This document shows positions 58,129 through 64,000 of a DNA stretch of 64,000 nucleotides, piece after piece. Position numbers and translations under genes: made by a program. Below the pieces are notes generated by a model that saw nothing but the letters and a program-made list of their open reading frames with translations, had not been told where the DNA came from and did no database searches. The number at the start of each line of letters is the position of its first letter. Within the stretch, counting starts at the first letter, position 1. This stretch comes from Flavobacteriaceae bacterium (lineage in GTDB: Bacteria > Bacteroidota > Bacteroidia > Flavobacteriales > Flavobacteriaceae): the NCBI GenBank assembly GCA_964230805.1, contig CAXRIA010000002.1:23664-87663 (forward strand), in the 5' to 3' direction.

Positions 58129-58214
58129 AAACCTGCATTTCAGCATAAGAAAACAATCGACCCCATTCCGAGAATCTAAAACGTTGTTTTTATAAAAAAT
58201 TTAGGCAGTACAGA

Positions 58215-60683
58215 TCAATTGTCCATCAACTCGACCAAACCGTAGTTTACCAGTGTTACAAGCTGTTTTTTATTGGAGTTCTTTTGCTTTTCTTGCGCAC
58301 GAACCATTTCGCGCATCAATTGAATCATTTTTCGATCAAAGCCGTATTGCTTGTAACGGATTCCTTTGGAGACCATATCATCGATTAAATTTTTGTACGC
58401 GTCAACATCATTGCTTTGCGCCACCCAATGAAAAGCCTTTTCAAACAATTGATGATTCTCCTTATCTGTTCCAAGATGCATTCCCTGAATGATGTAATTC
58501 GCAACAAAAGACATTTCAGAAACCGCTCTTTGTTGGATATACATTTTCGCCAAAGGCATAGCAATGGCTTTTTTAACGCTTACAGGCAACTTTTTTGCCT
58601 TCTCCATTGCCCTGTCTTCATCTAGATAATACAAAGCTTCCAACGCACTTGCTTTCACCTGATTGGACTTACTATCGATACTTTTTTCAAAAAAATCTTG
58701 ATAATCAAAATACACCAAACGCCCCAAAACCCGGATTGCTGCTGCTTTTACAAAATTATTGGAACTCGTTTTTGCCAAAACTTCTATTTTAGCGATTACC
58801 TGTCTTTTTGAATGCTTATAACTAAGGTCGATATGCTCTAAAGCAAAAACCTGCAATTCGTAATGCGCGTCGTCAAAAGCAGCAACGACCGTCTCGAACA
58901 CTTTTTTATCCTCCTGTTTTCCGACCAATACCTGCAAAGCCTCTTTTCGATCCAAATGATGTGATGCGTTTTTGTATTGATAGATATATCCTTTTAATGA
59001 TTTGTTCTGAATGAAATCTCCTAAGACCACATGATCTGAATTCACCAAGATCAAATCGGGATAATCCTGGTACGCATACACAAATGACTTCTCACTGGCA
59101 TCCACAAACAGCTCTTGCACCGTTTTTCTTCCTTTTTCAAAAATTGCTATCTGTAAAGGAAAATAAAAGGTGTTTTCAACATCTTGCTTGAAAGTGATGG
59201 TCATGGTTTTATCCAAAACATTGAAATCTTTGGTAACAACAACTGCAGGGTGCCCTGCACCAAAATACCACTGATCAAAAAACCAATTCAAATCTTTACC
59301 AGAAACTTCTTCAAGTGCTATTCTCAATTGAGCCACTTCCGCTGCTTGGAATTTGTTCTGTGTTAAATAATTCTGAAGTCCTTGAAAGAAAGCTGCATCT
59401 CCCAAAACACCTCGAAGCATGTGCAAAATCAACCCTCCTTTGCTATAACTCACCGCATCAAACACATCTTCTTTGTCTTCGTAATAGGGTCGCACCAAAT
59501 GTTTTTGCGGGTTTTCACCACTTTTATACACCATAGTTTCTTGAAACAAATGCGCATCTGCTTTTTCTTTTCCATAGGCATGCTCCAACCACAAATACTC
59601 GCTGTAATTCGCGAAGGATTCATTCAATGTGATGTTTCCCCAGTTTTCCGAAGTTACCAAATTACCAAACCAGTGATGAAACAATTCGTGCGCAACGATG
59701 GTTTCCCATTTGTTTTCATCTATCAAATCTCCCTCTGACTGATAGGCACGCTCTCCGTGCACCACGGCTGTGGTATTTTCCATGGCACCACTCACAAAAT
59801 CACGGACCACAATCTGACTGTATTTGTCCCATACAAAATCGACCCCTGTAATTTCCGAGAAAAAATCCATCATCTCCGGGGTTTTACCGAAAATCTTATG
59901 TGCTAGTGACTCGTAGGCTTCCTCTACGTAATAATTAACTTCTTTTCCTTTCCAACTATCCTTTACGACAGAAAACACACCGACTCCCATAAAAAAAAGA
60001 TACGGCGCATGTTTTTGGTCCATTTTCCAATAATCAATGCGCTCTTGATTTTCTGTAAAAGTTTGAGAGACCAACCTACCATTTGACAAAGTCCTGTACT
60101 TTTCTGGCACACGAATGTATATTTCCTGCGATGTTTTTTGATTCGGTTTGTCTATGGTAGGAAACCAACAACTACTGGCCTCTGTAGCTCCTTGTGTCCA
60201 TACTTGAGTAGGCTTCCCATTGGGAAGCTCTTTGGAATTGATAAAATAAAGTCCTTTTGCACTCGCAATGGCTTTGCTTCCTGTTTGTTTTACCTTGTTT
60301 GGACGTGCTGTATAGGAAACAAACACCTTTAAAGAGTCTCCTTTTTGACGAGTGACTCCCAAATCAATATAAATTTTCTCGCCGTCATAATGAAACTCCA
60401 ATTGTTTTTCATCGATAGAAACTTCATGAATCAGCATGGATTTCGCATCCAAAACCAATTGACTCGTATTGTAAAAATGAGGAGTGACATCGAGCCAAGC
60501 CTTTCCTTCCAATTCTTCCTTTTCAAAATTCAAGCGAACCGCTAATTTGGTATGTACCAAATCGAAATGTTTATCGAAAAGCTTTGCGGTGCGATAGCGC
60601 CGCGCCTTTTCAGAGTTTTGAGAAAAGGAAATTGCTCCGCTAAAAAAAAGGATACCGCAAAGAAGGAAGGCACGTAATGTCAT
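58215..60683 (-). CDS. M1 family aminopeptidase (aminopeptidase N-like) with C-terminal HEAT-like repeats, exported
   Basis: Signal peptide; GAMEN exopeptidase motif; HELFHHWFGN...x18...E zinc site (LNESFANY). Confidence 0.92.
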   Translation of the reverse strand: MTLRAFLLCGILFFSGAISFSQNSEKARRYRTAKLFDKHFDLVHTKLAVRLNFEKEELEGKAWLDVTPHFYNTSQLVLDAKSMLIHEVSIDEKQLEFHYDGEKIYIDLGVTRQKGDSLKVFVSYTARPNKVKQTGSKAIASAKGLYFINSKELPNGKPTQVWTQGATEASSCWFPTIDKPNQKTSQEIYIRVPEKYRTLSNGRLVSQTFTENQERIDYWKMDQKHAPYLFFMGVGVFSVVKDSWKGKEVNYYVEEAYESLAHKIFGKTPEMMDFFSEITGVDFVWDKYSQIVVRDFVSGAMENTTAVVHGERAYQSEGDLIDENKWETIVAHELFHHWFGNLVTSENWGNITLNESFANYSEYLWLEHAYGKEKADAHLFQETMVYKSGENPQKHLVRPYYEDKEDVFDAVSYSKGGLILHMLRGVLGDAAFFQGLQNYLTQNKFQAAEVAQLRIALEEVSGKDLNWFFDQWYFGAGHPAVVVTKDFNVLDKTMTITFKQDVENTFYFPLQIAIFEKGRKTVQELFVDASEKSFVYAYQDYPDLILVNSDHVVLGDFIQNKSLKGYIYQYKNASHHLDRKEALQVLVGKQEDKKVFETVVAAFDDAHYELQVFALEHIDLSYKHSKRQVIAKIEVLAKTSSNNFVKAAAIRVLGRLVYFDYQDFFEKSIDSKSNQVKASALEALYYLDEDRAMEKAKKLPVSVKKAIAMPLAKMYIQQRAVSEMSFVANYIIQGMHLGTDKENHQLFEKAFHWVAQSNDVDAYKNLIDDMVSKGIRYKQYGFDRKMIQLMREMVRAQEKQKNSNKKQLVTLVNYGLVELMDN

Positions 60684-60753
60684 TCAAAATAAGTTTTGGC
60701 TAAAATAAAACAGAAAACCTTTTTAACCTCTAATTTATTGTTAAATAGGTTTT

Positions 60754-61665
60754 TTATCTGTCATATTTCATAGGCGTCATTTTTGCATCGTATTTATCTC
60801 GCATGTAGGCATACCCCTCTTCCCACCATTGGGTCATTTTTTTTTGATCAAAAATCAAAGAATTTGTGGTCAACACCGTGGGTGTGTAATACAAATTCAA
60901 TTTCACATCTTTGTTTTTGGCAGCCAGCTTTCCAATGGTTAAATTGTGCTTTTTTACATGCTCAAATAAAAAACCAAACACACCAGAGAGCAAAGAAAAA
61001 GGATTTTTAGAGGGCATTCTGCTCAGTTGTTGCACTTCTGTATCCAAAATAATCACATCTACCTCCTTAGCGCCACGCTGAATTGCCTCTCGAACAGGCA
61101 CCACACAACCAAAACCACCGTCGGCATACTCACAACCATCTTTTATTAGAAGACTCATAAAAGGTACGTAATTACACGAAGCCCAAATCCAGTCGCAAAA
61201 ATCCTCGTATGAACAAGCTCTTAGGGTTTTGTATTCTATCTGATTCGCGGTTAAATTTGAAACGGTCACCACGATATCTTTACTCGTTTTTTTGAGAGCC
61301 AGGTAATCTTTTTTTGTAACACTTTTCCGAATTAATTTTCGCAAATTTTTGCTCTCTCCGAAGGTTTTACGTCTCCTTATAAAATTCCACAACACACTAA
61401 AATGATTGATATTTACCACTTTTTGTCCATGAACTTTTTTGATATAAAAAGGATTGTTACTAAAAATACTTCGCTGATTTACCTGTGTATACAGTTTTTT
61501 TAAGGCTTCGATTTTACCCAAGGCCAAATGAGAGATGAGCAAACTTCCCGTAGACGAACCCACGTACAAATCGTATTCTTTTTGTTGCTCTTTGACCAGA
61601 TACTCTGCAACACCGCCAGCAAAAGCCCCTTTACTACCTCCTCCTGATATAACCAACGCTTTCAT
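60754..61665 (-). CDS. Patatin-like phospholipase
   Basis: Oxyanion GGGSKGAFAGG, nucleophile GSSTGS, and the catalytic Asp in ADGGF. Confidence 0.9.
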   Translation of the reverse strand: MKALVISGGGSKGAFAGGVAEYLVKEQQKEYDLYVGSSTGSLLISHLALGKIEALKKLYTQVNQRSIFSNNPFYIKKVHGQKVVNINHFSVLWNFIRRRKTFGESKNLRKLIRKSVTKKDYLALKKTSKDIVVTVSNLTANQIEYKTLRACSYEDFCDWIWASCNYVPFMSLLIKDGCEYADGGFGCVVPVREAIQRGAKEVDVIILDTEVQQLSRMPSKNPFSLLSGVFGFLFEHVKKHNLTIGKLAAKNKDVKLNLYYTPTVLTTNSLIFDQKKMTQWWEEGYAYMRDKYDAKMTPMKYDR

Positions 61666-61749
61666 CTTTTTCCAAATGTTTTTTAGTAAGTTTGATAAAG
61701 CTAGTTAAAATAGTTTTGACTCTAAAAAAAATCTTAGCATTTCTCAACA

Positions 61750-62319
61750 ATGAAATCGTTTTTCAAGACGCGTTACGCTATCATCCTCTGTATACTCCTC
61801 GCAAACTGTTCAAAGAATGACTTGCAAAGCAAACTCAATTTTCAATGCAATGAAAAAAACAAACTGGAAGCACTGAAAAAGTTGACAGATGTCAAAAACA
61901 CGTTTTCCATAGAAATTCCCAAAAATTGGAAAAGAGAATTTTATGTAAGCTCTGAAGAGTCGAGACTATATTTCGCAGACACCACCAGAGCCCTGAGCGA
62001 CGCTTTTATTTTTGATATTGGATACTTACAAAAAACACAGCGCTCAGACAGCAGTTTTCTCTCAGAAATCAAAAAAGAGCTCGACACAGAACACAGGATT
62101 TTCCTTCAATCAGGAAGTTTCCTACGTGATGATGAAAAGAGCTATTTTTTTCTTACATCTTCCGTTGAATTTGGCTTAACAGCCCAGAATTTATGGATTT
62201 ACATTCCTCGAAAGACCTTTTTTTACCATGTGAAAATTGACGTTTATGGGAACGAAAACATGGAAACACGTTTTTGTGAAGCCTTGCAATTCTTCCATCG
62301 CATTTCTTTTCACAAATAA
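61750..62319 (+). CDS. Hypothetical lipoprotein (189 aa)
   Basis: Lipobox in MKSFFKTRYAIILCILLANCSKND. I recognise no other motif. Confidence 0.65.
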   Translation: MKSFFKTRYAIILCILLANCSKNDLQSKLNFQCNEKNKLEALKKLTDVKNTFSIEIPKNWKREFYVSSEESRLYFADTTRALSDAFIFDIGYLQKTQRSDSSFLSEIKKELDTEHRIFLQSGSFLRDDEKSYFFLTSSVEFGLTAQNLWIYIPRKTFFYHVKIDVYGNENMETRFCEALQFFHRISFHK

Positions 62320-62351
62320 CACCATCGCGCCAACACTCTTCAGTCATCACT

Positions 62352-62519
62352 CTATTTGAAATTCACTTTTTTTTTAGGAATTTCTTTTTGCTCCCAATGA
62401 ACACTCCGAGTCCTACCCGCATTCACTTTCGCTTCCAAATTGAAAGATTTTGAATTTCTTTTGGTTGCTATTTTTTGCTTTTGCACCAATTTTTTAATGG
62501 TAAAACCCGCTTTTTTCAT
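62352..62519 (-). CDS. Possible small basic protein (55 aa), tentative
   Basis: ATG-initiated ORF MKKAGFTIKKLVQKQKIATKRNSKSFNLEAKVNAGRTRSVHWEQKEIPKKKVNFK. A perfect -7 box (TATATTTG, minus strand, 62532-62525) ends 5 nt before the ATG. The composition could also arise by chance in AT-rich DNA. Confidence 0.3.
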   Translation of the reverse strand: MKKAGFTIKKLVQKQKIATKRNSKSFNLEAKVNAGRTRSVHWEQKEIPKKKVNFK

Positions 62520-62632
62520 AAGAGCAAATATAAAACATCTCTGTGTACCAATCGTTTTGTATGACAAAATAAAAGTGACTTGCATTTTTTTTACTATCTT
62601 TAATACATTCATAACGATAAAATGAAAGTCAT

Positions 62633-63079
62633 ATGAAAACAAACAAACTTATCCTCCAACACGCGCTAAAAATCTACCTAGGAATTGTTCTTTTCTTTTT
62701 CTTGGTGAAACTTCTGGGCTTGAGTCATATCGTCGAATTGAGAATTTTCAATGCTCTTTTTGTAGTAATGGGTGTGAACGCTTGCATCAAAAAGAATGTT
62801 CTTGACAATCTAGACAACAAATACCTAACCAACTTATCTATTGGCTTTTCGGCCTCTGTTTTGGCAGTACTGGCCACCTCTTTCTCCCTTATTTTTTACA
62901 CAATGTTCTTTGACGAAAGTGTCATTACCTTTATGGAAAATAGCAGGTTTTGGGGCAACAACCTAACTTTAGGCACAGTCGTATTTGCGCTGCTTGCAGA
63001 AGGTATTGCTTCTTCTGTTATTTGTACATTTATTGTCATGCAGTATTGGAAAAAATACAAATTGGAAAGTTTGGCTTAA
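62633..63079 (+). CDS. Hypothetical membrane protein (148 aa, about 4 TM helices)
   Basis: Four hydrophobic segments. Followed by a strong bidirectional terminator. Confidence 0.65.
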   Translation: MKTNKLILQHALKIYLGIVLFFFLVKLLGLSHIVELRIFNALFVVMGVNACIKKNVLDNLDNKYLTNLSIGFSASVLAVLATSFSLIFYTMFFDESVITFMENSRFWGNNLTLGTVVFALLAEGIASSVICTFIVMQYWKKYKLESLA

Positions 63080-63095
63080 CAACATACCCCTCAGT

Positions 63096-63138
63096 AAAAA
63101 CCACTGATGAATCGAAAGATTTTTCGGTGGTTTTTTTT
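63096..63138. terminator. Bidirectional terminator between the convergent membrane-protein gene and yeeE-like gene
   Basis: AAAAACCAC...GTGGTTTTTTTT, with an inner AATC-GAAA-GATT extension of the stem. Confidence 0.7.
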
Positions 63139-63149
63139 AGGTCTTGAAA

Positions 63150-63563
63150 TCAGTGCGGCAAGTATTTTTTAACCATCCCATATACCAAAGTACCGAGCAC
63201 TGCACTTGCGATGATGGGTATAAAAACAGTAATTCCATTCCCTATCAATGTGTACATAGGACCAGGACAAGCTCCGGAAAGTGCCCAACCCAATCCAAAA
63301 ACAATTCCACCGAAAAGATAGCGCAATGTCCCTTTCTGTAAAACCTTCTCTCTTAGAGAACCTCCTTCTAAAGTTTTGAAGTTGTATTTCTTCATAAAAA
63401 ACAACAGCACCATTCCCAAACCTGTAGCGGTCATAATAATACCGTACATATGAAAAGACTGAAAACGAAACATTTCTTGAATGCGATACCATGAGATGGC
63501 CTCTGATTTTGTCATTACGATACCAAACAGAATTCCAATAAATAAGTATTTCAACAATTTCAT
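63150..63563 (-). CDS. YeeE/YedE-type sulfur-transport membrane protein, small subunit
   Basis: Four TM helices with the GACPG motif (GWALSGACPGPM). Start trimmed to the ATG at 63563 (MKLLKYLFIGILFG). Confidence 0.78.
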   Translation of the reverse strand: MKLLKYLFIGILFGIVMTKSEAISWYRIQEMFRFQSFHMYGIIMTATGLGMVLLFFMKKYNFKTLEGGSLREKVLQKGTLRYLFGGIVFGLGWALSGACPGPMYTLIGNGITVFIPIIASAVLGTLVYGMVKKYLPH

Positions 63564-63565
63564 CA

Positions 63566-64000
63566 CTAAAATATTAAAGGAAACAAAACATGTGTCATCA
63601 ATAGACCCCCAATAAAAAAACCTATCACCGCAATAAAAGAAGGCAATTGCAAATTCGAGAGCCCGGAAATGGCATGCCCAGAGGTGCAACCGTCAGCCCA
63701 ACGTGTTCCAAAACCCACCAAGAAACCTCCACCCATCATTAGAGCAAAACCTTTCCAAGACGAAAAATTTTCCCAAGAAAAAATACCGTTCGGCGCTAGC
63801 TGGCCGTCAAACACGATTCCTAAAGCACCCAGATCATTAATGGTTTGTTGAGAAATCGCAATCGCATTGCCATCACTCAAATAATTGGTTGCCAAATAGC
63901 CCCCGACAATTGCACCACCCACAAAAACCAAATTCCAAGCTTGCGCTTTCCAATCTCCTGCAAAAAAAGCAATTTTTTTCCCTGCACCACCGATCGTACA
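63566..64000 (-). CDS. YeeE/YedE-type sulfur-transport membrane protein (C-terminal part; gene runs off the window end)
   Basis: The frame stays open upstream of the track's TTG start all the way to position 64000 (my translation: ...CTIGGAGKKIAFFAGDWKAQAWNLVFVGG...). Contains WADGCTSGHAISG. Ends 2 nt before the next YeeE/YedE gene. Confidence 0.78.
   Translation of the reverse strand, partial: CTIGGAGKKIAFFAGDWKAQAWNLVFVGGAIVGGYLATNYLSDGNAIAISQQTINDLGALGIVFDGQLAPNGIFSWENFSSWKGFALMMGGGFLVGFGTRWADGCTSGHAISGLSNLQLPSFIAVIGFFIGGLLMTHVLFPLIF

Noticed and set aside
58129-58214. Possible terminator between the convergent HTH regulator and M1 aminopeptidase genes (AAAACAA...TTGTTTT).
   Set aside because: It is a 7-bp A/T stem with a loop of about 28 nt, which is not a credible intrinsic terminator.
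1-64000. Search for tRNA, rRNA, tmRNA and SRP RNA genes, CRISPR arrays, IS elements, integrases and phage genes.
   Set aside because: All intergenic gaps are under 320 nt. I saw no T-loop-like GGTTCGAATCC context outside coding sequence and no regularly spaced direct repeats. No ORF translation carries transposase, integrase, capsid or terminase hallmarks.

Overview
AT-rich chromosomal segment that looks like core genome of a Bacteroidota, probably Flavobacteriia-type, organism. That placement is an inference from three things: protein families, the absence of Shine-Dalgarno sequences, and recurrent TAnnTTTG '-7' promoter boxes 17-35 nt upstream of start codons. I call 63 protein-coding genes, tightly packed and almost all housekeeping. 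They include: ffh, folD and trmH; the rpsF-rpsR-rplI operon; pepT; lysA followed by thrA-thrB-thrC; gcvT, sucC and recQ; kpsF-tatC-lptB; a YdiJ-like FAD/Fe-S oxidoreductase; modABC; yggS and rdgB; a FecCD-type ABC pair; lpxK; NIF3 plus a COG1579 protein; glyA, ytxJ and clpB; cysS-yidD-lgt; an Lrp/AsnC regulator; M48, M28, M14 and M1 peptidases; a patatin-like lipase; and a split YeeE/YedE pair. I found no rRNA, tRNA, CRISPR array, transposase, integrase or recognisable phage or defence module, and no convincing novel multi-gene system. The findings below are individually modest. The best are: (1) an array of four TTACA-NN-TGTAA palindromes between an M14 peptidase gene and an XRE-type regulator; (2) a perfect 34-bp palindrome over the sucC promoter region; (3) tandem PPK2 paralogues followed by an Smr-domain gene; (4) tandem exported and cytosolic MsrB; (5) a dihydroorotase-like protein whose HxH metal site reads SVS; (6) a completely Cys-less 'zinc-ribbon' COG1579 protein coupled to NIF3; (7) a Kv-like K+ channel with a C-terminal zinc ribbon; (8) an uncharacterised 483-aa cytoplasmic protein. 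Many ORF-track entries start at upstream alternative start codons (TTG/GTG), so I trimmed them to the ATG that fits the family N-terminus. All calls rest on reading the sequence and translations by eye; no searches were run.
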